From NCBI RefSeq assembly GCF_009914755.1, contig NC_060934.1: DNA of 64,000 nucleotides. One strand, given 5' to 3'. Source of the stretch: the human T2T-CHM13v2.0 reference genome, Homo sapiens. Of the stretch, positions 40,962-56,029 are shown piece after piece. The position numbers and the translations under genes are program-made. Below the pieces are notes generated by a model. It had not been told where the DNA came from. It did no database searches and saw only the letters and a list, made by a program, of their open reading frames with translations. How positions within the stretch are numbered: position 1 is the first letter of the stretch; every line of letters starts with the position of its first letter.

Positions 40962-41290
40962 CAGTGCTTCTCAAACTGCTGAGCATTAGTGTCACCTGGG
41001 GAGCTTTAAAACATTCTGAAGCCCAGCCCATACCCCAGACCGGTTAGATCACAAGTGGAGAAGCTAGGGCCCCAGCACTGGCAGTTGTTAAAGCTCCCTG
41101 GGTGGACCCACCGTGCGGAAGGTGGGAGAAGCAGCAAACGCAATTCTTAGTCTCTAAGTGTGGTCCCCAGGCCGGCAGCAGTGAGAGTTTGTTGGAAACA
41201 CAGACTCTCAGGAGCTACTGAATCGGAATGTTGTGTCTTCCACAAGCTCCCAGGCCGTGTGCTTCGGTGCCAGGAAGATCAGGCTGCAGG
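40962..41290. mobile_element. Adjacent MER5B and MER5A-like hAT MITEs
   Basis: cagtgcttctcaaact..tcacctggggagctttaaaa; then agtgtggtccccag..cagcag..ctactgaatc. Confidence 0.65.
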
Positions 41291-42805
41291 GGTCGTTGCG
41301 CTGGTTCCTGGTGAGTGCCATGCCCTTCACGGACTCCCCTAACTCCCCACCTGCCAGCGTTTCTTTCTGTTTGTCTTTCAGGTTGGTTCCTTCACCACAT
41401 GGATGTTGCTTGGTCCTGCTGGCCATTTAATTCTGCTGCCTTTCAGGGAGCAGAGTGCGACTTTTGCCTTCCTTTTGCCACTTGCCAATCATTTTTTCTT
41501 CTTCTCCTTCCTGTTTTGCAAATTGTGGCCACCACACACGACCCAGAAATGACTCCTGGGCAGTGCCACCGCCTCCTCCTGACCCACTCATCTAACAGCT
41601 TCCTCTGGCCGCTGGTATTGTTAGGAACAGCCACCCTGGGCCTCCAGCAGGGCCCTCACAAAGTGTTCTGTTTAGGGAATCACTGAACAACAACAGGATA
41701 TCGTCCTGGCCTTTCTCAGAACCTTCTCTTTGTTTCGTGTTTCAGCCCTTCCTCTACAAACCTGTTCCCAGCAGAGCCAACCCGTAAAGTCAAGTTCTCC
41801 ACAAAAAGGCAGAGTCAGTTTTCTGATGGAATGTAAATGAAACAGACCTAAGTTAATGACATACAGCATATTTCTTTCGGGCTGTGTTGATACCAGCAGC
41901 AATTCCCTGAGCAGAAGGAAGTTCCTACCTGCCACCACAGCCTGCTGCTTGCCGGCCACACGGCTGGCACCATCCCCTCCGCAGGGTCATTCGCAGCTGC
42001 CCGTGGTCACACACTCAGCAAAGTCCTGAAAGCCTCAGCGCACTGGGGTCAGCTGGCCATGGGGGTGTGTGGGAGGTGCCACAGCAAGCCCCTCCTGACC
42101 CTAGGCGTCCCTCCTTCTGACAGCAGAGGAAAGGAGAGCCTTGGGCTGGTTTCAGGGCTGGGTGCAGGCTGGGCTACACATATTTTTGAGAGGAGATTTG
42201 GGGGCACAGCTGGGGACTCCTTAAGCCACCATCTCTCTCCTTTGTGAGCCTGAGTACATGGAAGACCCTACCGACTACAGCTCACCTTTCGGATTAGGGG
42301 TTATTTACTTCCAGGTCATTATTTTTAAACTTTTCAAATTAGAATATAATACTTGGTATAGATTTCAAAAATCAAACTTCATAGAATTAAAAGTGAAAAG
42401 TCATCATCCATTTCATTCCGTTTCTTGATTTTTTTTTTTTTTTTGGTCCCAGTGTAACCATCGCAAGTATTCATTCATGCACTCAACAGTATTTATCAAA
42501 TTCCTACTGCATGCCATGAACAGCTGTCATTACTGGGGCTGCGGTGAACAAAGAAGTGCCCCTGTGACTCATACCTGAGGGGTGGCAGTGGGGGTGGCCA
42601 TTGAAGGTAGGCCAGCAAGTCCATGAACATTTCAGGGGTGACAATGTGGGAGGGGTAGCAAGTGAAGGGTCAGATGGTCAGACGAGGGCTGCTGCAGAGA
42701 CGGTAGACCAGATGGCTTCTGAGTTGCCACTGGACACTGTGAGTTGACCTGTGTCCCCATGGAAACACTCATTGCATTCTGTGTGTTTATCTGAGTATAA
42801 AGATG

Positions 42806-43240
42806 CACTTGTCCACCAAGAGATGAATGGATAAACAAAATGTGGTCTATCCATACTATACAATATTATGCAGCCTTAAAGAGGAAGGAAATTCTGGCAC
42901 ATGCTGCCACACGGACGACCTTGGGGACATTTTGCTAAGAGAAACAAGCCAGTCTCAGAAGTGCACTGACTTATGGTTCTAGTTAGAGGAGGTGCTTAGG
43001 GCAGTCAAAATCACAGAGACAGAAAGTAGAATGAATGGTGTTGCCAGGGGGAGGGAATGGAGGAATGGGGAGTTTTATTTAGTGGACACAGGGTTTCAGT
43101 TTGGGAAGATGCAGAGTTCTGTGGAGGGATGGTAGTCACGGTCGCACAATGTGAATGGATGTCATACCTCTGAATTGTCCACTTAAAAATGGTTAACTTA
43201 GCACATCTTATGAAGTACATATTTTACCACAGTAAAAAAT
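42806..43240 (+). mobile_element. L1MB-type 3' end
   Basis: gatgaatggataaacaaaatgtggt..gagacagaaagtagaatg..cacttaaaaatggttaa..attttaccaca. Confidence 0.85.
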
Positions 43241-43282
43241 TATCAATAAAATATATCTTGAACACTTTTCTCTATTCATACT

Positions 43283-43626
43283 TTTAATTTAATTTTAATT
43301 TTATTTAATTTACTTTTATTTTTCAGACAGGGACTCATTCTTTCACCCAGGATGAAGTGCGGTGGCAGGACCATAGCTCACTGCAGCCTCAATCAACTCC
43401 CGGAGCTCAAGCAATCCTCCCACCTCAGCCTCCCAAGTAGCTGGGACCACAGGCATGTGGCACCACACCCAGCTAATATTTTGTATTTTTTGTAGAGATG
43501 GAGGCAGCGGGGTGGGTGGGTCTCGCCAGTTGCCCAGGCTGGTTACGAACTCCTGAACTCAAGCAATCTGCCTGTCTTGGTCTCCCAAAGTGCTGAGATT
43601 ACCGATGTGAGCCACTGTGTCTGGCC
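43283..43626 (-). mobile_element. AluJ
   Basis: Antisense Alu with catagctcactgcagcctc and gctcaagcaatcctccc. Confidence 0.92.
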
Positions 43627-43699
43627 ACAAGTATTATTACTAATATACCATAATTATTTGTGTCTGTATTTCTTTATATCACAGGACTAACACATGTGT

Positions 43700-44440
43700 A
43701 TGGGATAATCTTTTAAACCTGATGCTTTTCTGCCCCTCTGTATCTCCTGATTTTTCTCAGTTATGTGACTGTGTTTAAACTTCCAACACTTATATCATTT
43801 AGAAGTTTCTCTGATGAAAAGCCTCCCATGATTCCTAGTCTCATGCCCTGGAAAAAACACTTTTAACAATTTCTGTGTCTGCTTCTCGATTGCCCAGCCT
43901 TACTTGGTGTCTGCTGATGCTCGTTTAGAAGAATTAATAATCCAGTAGACTTACCTACCAGGTGCTAAGCAAACCTCTTGTTCTTTTGTTGTTGTTGTGT
44001 AGATGAAGGCTTCCTATGTTGCCCAGGCTGGTCTCAAACGTCTGGCCTCCCGTCCTTATGCGCCAGGACAACAGGACTGAGCCACCGCACCATCCAAGTC
44101 TCTTGCTTTTTAATAGCTTTCTTATTTTTCTTTTATTCATCCAGGGGTTACTTTGTGAATTTAAATAATTCACTTAAAATAACATTTTGAAATTTATCAA
44201 CTTTATCTACTGTTGTATGAGATATGAGGAACTTAGCAAATGGACTCATTCTTCATTTTCTTCTTCCTCTCTCTCCTGATTTTTCCAAGTTATGTTATTA
44301 TTTTTAAATTTCCAAAGCTTGTGTCATTTAGATTGTTCTATAAATATAATTAAGCAATCAGTGGTTGTCTAAGTGTGGTTTCTTCTTAAAATGTATACTC
44401 AATAAATACATTTCCAGTATCATGAATATATAAATACTTT
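43700..44440 (-). mobile_element. HAL1/old L1 fragments
   Basis: tcctgattttt..gttatg..tttccaaagcttgtgtcatttagattgttcta resembles antisense HAL1. Confidence 0.4.
43985..44097 (-). mobile_element. Alu left monomer (FLAM-like)
   Basis: tgtagatga..ctatgttgcccaggctggtctcaaac..gagccaccgcac. Confidence 0.75.
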
Positions 44441-44988
44441 TCACTCTAGGAAAAATAATAAAAAAAAGGTCTTGATGTCCCAAGCCATTAGGTTCTAAAA
44501 TGTGTCTTTTTGTTCATGTATATTGTTATAAAAGTGAATAAATGGGATTTTTGATACCATGTATATGTGGAGAGTGTAGTGGAAATGCTTTTGGTTGTGG
44601 TGGTGGTGGTGGTGGTGGGGTGGACAGGAAAGATGGCCTCATTTATCTGCATAAAAGCTGATCAGTTAAAAGTTCCTGAAAAGAGAGCCTGAGTCCTGTG
44701 GGTGACACTGAAGTCTCCTCCACTTTCCTCTGCGGCTCTCAGGCCTCCCTCCCTTGGCCTCCTTGGCCTCCCTCTCCGGGCGGGTGGTCCACTCACGTAA
44801 CTGCTCTCTTTACTTCTGTTCAATCTCTTTTATCTCAATAACACTCTGTGCCTGCATGCCACCTGGCTGATCTTGAGATCCTGTGACTCGAAGGCTTTCC
44901 TTCCCTTATTTAAGGTGAGGGCTTAAACTTTGGATCCTGACGTTTTGTAAAAGTAGAAACATTTTTGTTGTATTAAAATATACTTCAA

Positions 44989-45362
<374 letters not shown>

Positions 45363-45837
45363 TCAGGACAGATTGGTATTCCTGAATTACCCGTCAGTTC
45401 ATGTCACCTCACATCCCTGATAACCGGGTTGCCTTTTGTCTTGGCCTGATCGGGGACACTGGGCTTCAGACAGACCCAAGCTTCTCGTCAGGTTGGGACA
45501 GGACCATGCCACAGTCATTCCTTACCCTCCGTATTCAACAGGTCTGAGTGGGGGAATAGTGCAAGTGAGTGCAGATGCAAAGTCAGCAATTCCATTCCGT
45601 CTGCACTGACTTAATGCTCAGAGGCCTGGGGTCATGGGAGAGCTCCTGATGTGAAATGGGTCGAGACCCATGCCCTGCATTCTGCCCAGTGCCTGGCATG
45701 TAGTAGGCAGGAAACGTGCGTGTGGAAGGAATGAATTAATCTGGTCTAAGTTGCAAAAGCACTAAAAATAAACACACATGTGTTCTGGTATCAGAATACA
45801 CACATAGGAGCTTCCTAGATAAATGCAGAGGTACACA

Positions 45838-46191
45838 GTCCCAGTCCATTTCAGCTGCTGTAACAATGTCCCACAAACTGCCTGGCTGGAAAACAACAGA
45901 CACCCGTGTCTCAGGGTCCTGGAGGCTGGAAGTCCAAGTGTGCAGGCAGGATCAGGGTCTTGCGAGGATCTACTTCCTGGTTCATAGATGGCACCTTCCT
46001 GCTGTGTCCACAGGGTGGAAAGGGAGAGGGAGCTCTCTTGAGGCTCTTTCATAAAGACGCTGATCTCTTTAATAGGGCTCTACCTTGAGACCTAGATGAA
46101 CCCTTCCAAAAAACCCCACCTCCTAACACCATCACAGTGGGGTTACGATTTCAATACATGAATTTTAGAGGGACACAAATAATCTATGGCA
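45838..46191 (-). mobile_element. MLT1A-like MaLR solo LTR
   Basis: agtccatttcagctgctgtaacaa..ctggaggctggaagtccaag..ccacctcctaacaccatcaca..atgaattttagagggacacaaa. Confidence 0.85.
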
Positions 46192-46265
46192 TGGACCATG
46201 AAATATTATCACCCTAAATGTGACCTACTGAATACACCCATTGTTGGTCTGTCACTGTCTATTAA

Positions 46266-46565
<300 letters not shown>

Positions 46566-49500
46566 TAATTGATCCCTACACATTATTAAGTGGAGTCCAG
46601 GCTGCTCTAGGTCTACTCTGTCCTTCAAGTACTCGCTGGTGCCTTCCTGGAGTTACTGCTCATTGGGACTAGAACTCAGGTGAGCGTTGAAATCCTTGGA
46701 CTCGTGAGTTCTGCTATGAAATCTTTTATTCTCAAGGGGGCTACTGTTAAGCATTCCTATGACGATAATCTTCCGCTGTTGCACGGGCCCATTTGGAGAC
46801 CTCATGAACAGTTCTGACTCAGACACAAGGACATTGGCCTTACGGGGGTCAAATGGTTCACCAGTTTACAAGATGAGTAGACTCAGTTCGACGTCGAGAT
46901 CAGCTCAGCTCATGAAGAATTTGTCAAGCTTCCTGTCGATTTGCATCACTTCATGGATAACCTGGTCTATTGGGACTGCTGTTATCCAAGATAGTTTTTA
47001 AAAAATTGAATCAATGGGAAAGTCAGTGTTTTTACATACATGTGATCTTCTTCAAAAAAGAGCAATGTGCTAGGCAAAGCAGGCTAATGTGTTTGTTGGC
47101 AGAAAGAGTTAGAAGGTAGAATAAAACTGAGAAAAATGTCTTGACAGCTGGGTCTTCAGGTCGGAAGCCGTATTTGAGCACAGCTGCATATCTCGACACA
47201 ATGCTAGGTTTTGGCCGGCCTCTTCGAACTAGGCTTGATTTGAAAGTCCTAACCCTGTAATGTGGTGAAATCTTCAGCTCTGCTGCCTTCTGTGTCTGCA
47301 AAGGAATGAGGTGCCCAGGCTCACTCCAGCATTGAAAATCTGCGGGGATGGTCATTGGGTCAGGAGCCACGCACAGCCGCAATTAGATAAAATAATTTGC
47401 ATTTCAACTGCAGGAAGTGGAATACTGCCATTCATCAGAGAACGGTTTTTATTTATTTGGGGTTTCAGGGATTATTCATGAGGGTACTCTGGGAGTGCTT
47501 TCAACAGTGAAAAATTACATAGGATATTGAAATAGCATGGGGAAAATGAATGCTGTTTTATCACAGGTTTGCCTGTTTGCTAGTAATAAAAACAATTTTG
47601 ACTAATTCAAAGCTGGCCTTATTCTCAGAATCTCAGTTTTTATTTACTGTTTGAAGCAGTAACATTCAACCTGGGTTCAAAATGAGAATTGATACACACG
47701 ACTTTATTATATGCTAAAATATTATTAAGCTGACATTGGCTTACTCAAAAGACTGTATAATTTGATCCAATGGTTACTTTCTAGCTGAATATATACCATT
47801 TTATTCCTCAATTAGAACACTGAAAATTTGAAATGTCTTTCATTCAGAGACCACCTCCTCCCTCCACTTTAAGTCAGAAGGATTTTGCTGCCATGGTGCA
47901 AGCCCCGGGCTCTGACAGAAGGATTTGTTTTCAGAACTATTTTTTATTTGGGAACTCTGTGTGGCCTGATTAAGAAATTTAAACGTTACTTACTGAGTTC
48001 ACCTCTGAAGGGAAACATCTCATTTTAATGAGGCTCTCTGGAGGCGTGAGGGTCATATTGCCCAACTTTGGATTTTATTTTATGCTTCATGCTAAAAATA
48101 GCACATTATCTTTTCATGTATCCATGGCAATCACAGTGCAATGCCCTTTAAAAATGACAAAGCGTCATTAGGTGACCGAGAGCAAAGCCCGCGTTTCTTC
48201 CTCATAGCCTGGCCTGTGATTCCATGAGAGGCATGACTGCTGCAGATGAGTCCCTTCTCCCGGATTCCCCTTGCGTGCCTGTTGCTTTCCCCTTTACCTT
48301 CTCCACTTTCCAGCACAACCTTGGAAAGAAAGGACCCCACAGTCTTCATTGCTAGGAACCAGCAAGCGAGTGTTCACGGAAATGCGGTCAATTAGGCTGG
48401 TAGGAGGGGTAAAAATGACGGGTCTTTCATGCGCATGAAAGCAGGGATTTAGAGCGCATTGCACGGTGTTCCCAGGCTCCGGAGTACAGTTCCGATCTGT
48501 ATGGATTTAAATATTCAAGGCTGAATAAGGATGGAGGTTTCACTGAATAATGAGCCAGCTCACTGTAAACCCAGCAGAGTTTTCATCCAGCCATGTAATG
48601 CTCTCCCACGCTGGCTTTCAAAGTTCCATCATCTACTCGAAGAAGAGAGGAAGGAGAAGACCTAGCAAAACCCCAAGGTATTTAGATTAGCCAAAGGGAG
48701 CATCACTTTGCTTAAGTGGAGTGAATTGTTTTCCTCTAGTCATTCTTTCACGTGTAGGTGACTGTTCTCACTGCTAATGATTATGCAGCTATGGAGATTT
48801 CAGCGAGGAGCCCATCCACCAAGCCTGGCTGGCATTTGAGTTATGATGGAAATCTGGTGATTTTCTGTTGCAGTCATTTGTTGTTACAACGCACACAGAT
48901 TTCACTCATCGCCAAGTGATTTCATGAACAGGAATGGAAACATCGTTGGCCCTTATCACAGAGAGGTCCTGGTGGGCAGGGACGTGACCTGCGGCTGTGC
49001 CAAGTGCAGTGTTTGCTGGAAGGTTTCCTTGCTGCACTGTAGCCACTCTGCTTATGAGCATCCAGGGACAGGCTGCAGACAGAAAGGGGGAGAGAAGGGT
49101 ACAAGCTAGAAAGGACCACTTGGTGGGAGAGCTAACAACAGATAAGAGGCCACAACCCATCGGACGGATTACCCTATTATTATCGACATGGCCTCCTCCT
49201 ACTCTATCGCCTGTGATGATAGCGAAGGGGCTGACAGCCCGTATTCCTCGTTGTTTTACTATCTTAGCAGAAGCATACTGCTTGCACAATTTCTGTTCTC
49301 TTCACATTCACACCTTAAGAATTAGATAATAGGATGAGAGGGAATGAAAGTGAAGTCTTTTGAATTATTAAAGGATGCTCTCAGCCTAATACAGGTATGC
49401 TATCTAAAGAACAGCCACAAGTAAAATATTTGCTTGTAATACATTCCTTTTTAAAAGAATTGCTGTTAAAAATAGGCATGGGAGGCACAACTCACTTAAA

Positions 49501-50405
49501 TAATACTAATTTTAAGAAATTGTCATAAAATAAAACAATTCCCTAAGCCTACTCTCTACTTACATTTTGATCAACTAGACCTACTCTTCTCTCCCTCTCT
49601 CATTTCTCTCTCTTCCTCACACACGTGCATGCGCGCACACAGGCAGAAACACGCACAATCCTAGTGCCCGAGAAAATCCAATTATTACTTCAAGCTAAAC
49701 TGAAGTTATTTAAAACAGATAAAAGCTTTTCTTTGGCATGACGCTATTATAAAAGCTTTTGTTTCCAGGTGGCCTTTGGGGGTGATCACAGTGTGATAAG
49801 AATCTTTTGGTACTCCACTGATTTCAGTCTCTTTTGTTAGAGTTGCGGAACTTGAACAAACTTTTTCCTCCTATTGTATACCACAGTGGGTTTCCTGCAT
49901 ATTCAACTCTGGGGATTTCTCAGGCATGCCTATGTTCTCTTCCTTGATTCTTTGACACCTGAGGACTCTGCAGTTTTAAAGAAAGAAGATGCAACTTTCC
50001 TACAGATAAGTCCATGAAAAACTGTTCTTTCCTTCGTCCATGTTCTTTAAAAATATAATTTATCTCCTAAATTCCCCTTTGAATCAGTCTTTTATGAAAT
50101 ACATTTTAGGGGAATACTATTGTGTTACATTTTCAATAAAAACACTTGGCCCTATCACATGCCTTTTATGTCCAATGAACACAAAGAACAAAATTTCAGA
50201 GTGAATAAATGATATGGATGAACCACGGATTACCACTAAATCCATAACATTATTTCACTCGCTTTATGAATCTCTAAGCACAAAAGTAGCCCCACAGGCA
50301 AAAATAACACTATTTAGAACATGCTACGTTTCTGAGGCACTTAATGTTTGCCAGTGATCTTTTTATTGCTCTTGTTCTATCTTGATAGTACCAGGACCAG
50401 CAAAC

Positions 50406-51017
50406 TGTGAACCCAAAAGTCTCAATCAATTTAGAAAGTTTATTTTTGCCAAGATTAAGGATGTGTCCACGACAGCCTCAGGAGGTCCTGATGACATGTG
50501 CTCAGGGTGGTCGGGGCACAGCTTGGTTTTGTAACTTTTAGAGAGACATGAGATCCATTGATATGTGTAAGATGTACACACTGGTTCGGTCCAGAAAGGC
50601 AGGACCACTTGAAGCCAGGAGGGGACTTCCACGTCAGAAATAGATAAGAGACAAAAGGTTGAATTTTGAGTCTCTGATGAGCCTTTCACTGAACACACAA
50701 TTTACATGTGAGAGGCGGGCAGAGGAACAGTCACTGATGCCTTAGTCTGGCTCAGTGAATCAATAGGCAGAGGAAGCGATCATGTATGAATTTGTCTCAG
50801 GTGCACAGAGGGATGACTTTGAGTTCTGTCTGTCCTTTGTCCACAGGGAATTTCCTGTGGGCAAATTGTGTGGGAGGCATGTAGCTTCTTACCTTTGTAG
50901 CATGTTATTTAGGAAAAAAATGGGAGGCAGTTTTGCCTGACGCAGTTCCCAGCTTGACTTCCCTTTGGCATAGTGACTTTGGAGTCCCTAGATTTATTTT
51001 ATTTTATTTTTTTCACA
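50406..51017 (-). mobile_element. MER4A-like ERV1 solo LTR
   Basis: tgtgaacccaaaa..cagcctcaggaggtcctgatgacatgtg..cagttcccagcttgactt..tttcaca; TG..CA ends; TSD aaac/gaac. Confidence 0.88.
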
Positions 51018-52491
51018 GAACATAGTTTAGGACATTGTTAGCCTAATTCACAGAGAAAGAAATGAAAACCCCAAGAGGCTGCTTGACATCACAGCATGAG
51101 TCCAGGGCAGCTCCAGAAAGAAGGAGCAGGGGAAACGAGGAGAGGATGGGGTGTGGGTGGCAAAAAGAGCAGGTGCCGCAGGCAACAAGGCGATGGCGCC
51201 AGTGACGGAGGAGTGAGCGATGCCGACATAAAAAGGCGCATGACGATGAAGAGCCAGCGTCATGGCCTCCACCTGCACCTGTGTATGTTATTCAATCACA
51301 GTAGACTCAGGATTCCCACCCTAAGCATTGTCTTCACTGAGGGCTGGGAAGAACTTAGGAAGGCCTGTGGCACTTCCCACGCCCCTGGAAGGGACACCTG
51401 TATCCACATCTTACTCCCTGTCTTATTCCCTCCCTGTGCTGGGCCGCAGAGCCCCGCAGAGCTGGCTTTGCCTAGCACCAATCATCCACACTGCGCTCTG
51501 AAGCCACCGCAACCAGCCAGCCCACCTTGCATCCTTGTTACCAGGGTCTCCGTGCCACATCCCATACCTCGCCAGTGATCTGAACCCGGTACGGTTCTGC
51601 TCAGCCCCAACTCTGACCCAAACTCCCTCCTGGAAGACGTTCCCTGGGCCACATGACATTTTCGGCCGTTTTCAGCACTCCTTCTCCCATAGCCTCACCC
51701 TTGTTGATTGGGGTCGAACATTGGCGTTGAATGTAAAAGAGTGGCGGGATTAGGAGGGGAGCCTCTATGAAGAGAGATAGAGGGTTGAAAGTTCTCTCAC
51801 CATGTTTCAAACACTTGACCTTTAATTCAGCAGCAAAGGAGAGTGAGAGGGAGCAGCAAGTAAAGTGGGAGGAGCACGGGGCGAGGAGTGGAGCCCCAGG
51901 AGCTGGGTGAGGAATGTGATGGGGTGGGGGTGACCAGGTGTATCCCACGGTGCTGAGAGTCAGGGGAGGGGAGGACTCCACATTCACTGTTGGTTTAGGC
52001 AAACAGATGCCCTGGGAAGTCTGGCACAAGCTGTCCCCAAGGACTAGCAGAGGTGAAATCAACCAGAGTGGCTTCAAAAGAAATCGGAGGAAAGAGACAG
52101 AAACAGCAAGCCTGGGCAGCTTTGGGGTTGTCGATTAATTAGCGTAAGTCACGGCAGCTTCTCTCACAAGGAAGCCAACATCTCTGTGGCTAAACACTAG
52201 ATTTTATTTTTCGCTCAAGTTGATCAAGTCTAATGGGGTGGGAATTTGGGGGGGGAGGTGAGAAATCCCTGTTCCACAGAGTCTTGTAAGGACAGCTTCC
52301 TTCAAATCCCAGCATCTCTAAGGTCCTCTCCACGTGGCTGACACACAGGGACATGCTCTGCTGGTGCTGGCATTTCATGGGCCGGGGAGGAGTTGGGTCA
52401 CTCCCAGGAGTGTTTCATTACCAGCACTCAGTCACATGGCCGGCCGTAACCGCAAGTGATGTCTAGAAATGTGTCACTAACTTGGAGGGAC

Positions 52492-52957
52492 AGTGATGGA
52501 CAACTTCATGTCAACTCGACTAGGCTAAGGGGTGCCCAGGTTGCTGGTAAGACATTATTTGTGGGTATGTCTGTGGGGAAGTTCCTGAAAGAGACCAGCA
52601 TTTTAATTGGCGAACTGAGTAAAGCAGGTGGCCTTCCCCAGGGTGGGTGGGCTTCACCCAATCTGTGGGGGGCCTGAGCAGGACAGAAAGGCCAAGGAAT
52701 GGAGACTACTCTCTCTGTGTGTCTGACACACAAAGCTGAGATATGGCTCTTCTGCCTGTGAGCTGGGATCCTGCTGGCAGATCATCTGGGCCTCTCACGG
52801 TGGATGGTAGATTTTGAGGCCTCTCATGGTGGACAGTAGATTGTGGGGATTTTCAGCCTCTGTAGTCACATGGGCCGATTCCTTAAGGTAAATCTCACCC
52901 TAGATAAAGGTATGGCTCCCACCAGTTCTGTTTCTCTGAGAGCCCTGACTCTACACA
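52492..52957 (+). mobile_element. MLT2 (ERVL) solo LTR
   Basis: gtgatgg..tgtcaactcgactaggctaagggg..gttctgtttctctgagagccctgact; internal 29-bp duplication at 52789/52818. Confidence 0.85.
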
Positions 52958-53472
52958 CGGTCAAGAGGCTTGGTAGACATCCAGACCATGCCTGCCCTGG
53001 GAGAACGGAGTTACTAGCTGGTGGGGAACGCGGTGTAGACAGGGTGACTTTATATAAAATTGGAACATGATAGATGGGTTTTGATGCTGATAGGAACGAT
53101 TCAGCTGAGGGATGCCTGTGGGTCATGAGGCCCCCAGTTGACTGAAAGGGGGAAATTTAATGGTAGGCGGGGAGAGAGAGCTGCTGCAGACATGTGCTTG
53201 AATTAGTGAGGGGGACGGGACCCAGGGCATGAAGCCCCACAGCAGTGGCTCGGGCAATAGCGTCGTGGGTTTATCTCTGGCAAGAGGAGAACAGGTGGAA
53301 GCAAGTCCTAGTTGGGTCCTGATGGGGCCAGTGAAGGCTCTCTTCTCATGGGTCTCGGTCATCCCTGATCAGGATGAGGGAAGTGAGGGACATGGAGTTA
53401 CCAGGGGAATGGGCTGGCGATGAAATTGGGCTGAGAAGGAAGAGGAACTGCCACCAACTTGTCCCACAGTGA

Positions 53473-53752
<280 letters not shown>

Positions 53753-54053
53753 GAGTTAGCTTTCATTTAAGACACAAACTTAAACATTATTCTTGAGTTT
53801 TCTCTCTCAGACCCACCATCAGTCCACTGGGGTCCAGCAAGCCTCACGTCCTGCAGGCGTCCCCAGCTGAACTCCCCCTCTCCCCTCCCCCCCGGTCCCA
53901 GTTGCTTGTCCCCTCCCCCTCCTCCAACTGCCCTCCCGGCCACACCCCACATTTCCTGGACCAACCCAAGTGATCCTTAAAAAGATGGCATCATTTACAT
54001 CATGCCACTCCCTTTCTCAAAATTCTTCACCATCTTTTCTTCCAACTAGGAGC

Positions 54054-54169
54054 TCAAACCCAAATCCCGAAACAAGCACGCCCCAGGTTTTCAAACCCAA
54101 ATCCCGAAACAAGCACGCCCCAGGTTTTCAAACCCAAATCCCTAAACAAGCACGCCCCAGGTTTTCAAA
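54054..54169. repeat. 37-bp tandem repeat, 3 copies
   Basis: tcaaacccaaatcccgaaacaagcacgccccaggttt at 54054, 54091, 54128; one substitution. Confidence 0.97.
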
Positions 54170-54174
54170 GCCAC

Positions 54175-54567
54175 GTTGGCATTTTCAGCGGCAAACTCCC
54201 CCACCCAACACCCACCATTCTGCTTGGGTTGTCAGAAAATTGGCCAAAATCTCTTATTCATTCTACTATTTTAAAATTCCTATGTTCACCGTGATATGAT
54301 CTAAAAATGCAGATTATATCCATTTTCCTTGTTGTTTTCCTTCCAATCCTTTTGCTTCTTTTTCTCACCTTGTCCTTCCGGGAGCCCCTGCAGCTGACGC
54401 TGATGTCGGAGTCTCGGGTGTTCCTTCTGGTCTCGCTCCCGACTTGAGGAGGCAGATTTCAACATGGAGCAGCAGGTAGGGTTCGGCTGCAGCTTTTTGT
54501 TTCGTCTTTGTTCTGTTTTGTATCCGAACTCTGTTAGCTTTTCGACCTTCCCTTTTATCCGGAGCAC
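54175..54567 (-). mobile_element. Ancient L1/HAL1 ORF1 remnant
   Basis: Minus-strand translation KGKVEKL..LQGLPEGQGEKK..KENNKENGYNL resembles ORF1p EDKVEEI..IIGVPE..KEIIQENFPEL; HITV downstream resembles RHIIVK. Confidence 0.5.
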
Positions 54568-55329
54568 GTGGATCCATCCTGTGTTTCAGGGTGGGGTTTT
54601 ACTCTTCTGCTGAGAGTGTGGCCTTTTCTGATCCCGGCTTTAGGAGAGCAGGACTTCCTGTTGAAGCCCCCACATTCCCATGTCTCCAAACTTTAAGAGA
54701 TCATGAAATTCCAGTTCACCTTTCCTTGGTTTAGCTGGCATCCTTGGGACGAAAGCTGGGCTGTGCTTGGCCACCCCCTCTGTGTTACAGGCTTATGGTC
54801 TACCCTGATAATCGCTCTCTATCACATCCGCTAGTCAGTCATTTTTAAATAGGCTTCTTAGAGTTCCTTCCGCGTTCTGTTACTCTCACCGGGAAAGCTG
54901 ATCTGAGCAACGTGCCGTGCCCCAGCACTGAGAAGCTCTCTGCTTAGCCCCAGAACCTCACTGCTGCTCTTTCCTGTCTTCTTCTTAAAAACAATGATTG
55001 TGAGTCTCTATCTCTCAGAAGACCATTTTCTGTATTTTACAATGAGATTTCAAGAAAGAGAAGAGATAGGTTGGTGTTATCCACTGTCTTTGCGTAAATC
55101 CCAGCCCCTGTGTTTGCCCTGCACCGTGATGTTCTCCTCCTGGCCAAGAAAAACATGTGGGGGGAGACCACATAATAAAGTGGGGGATTGCCAGCTGAAC
55201 AGAGACTCAGAAAGAAAGCACTTAGAAAACTGTCAGGTGAGTTCTCCCTAGCACATTCAATTACATGTTGACATCTCAATAAAATAAAGTGATTCAAAGT
55301 TTACGGATTTTAAAGAAGCATACTCAAAC

Positions 55330-55860
<531 letters not shown>

Positions 55861-55864
55861 AACT

Positions 55865-55927
55865 CTGTGTGTGTGTGTGTCTGTGTCTGTGTGTGTCTGT
55901 CTGTGTGTGTGTCTGTGTGTGTGTGTG
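55865..55927. repeat. (TG)n/(TCTG) microsatellite
   Basis: Direct reading. Confidence 0.95.
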
Positions 55928-56029
55928 CAATTAAAGAAATGCAGTTATTGGTGGTTTCTTTTGTAACTGGAGGTATTTCTAAAAGGAGGTTTTATTAGAT
56001 ATTGAGAGGGTGTTTGGAAATCCAATGGA

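Noticed and set aside
46660-47001. Protein-like minus-strand frame (..IDQVIHEVMQIDRKLDKFF..) as a possible pseudogene
   Set aside because: Two in-frame stops, no recognisable homologue, no poly-A or TSD; a tblastn/BLASTX search would settle it
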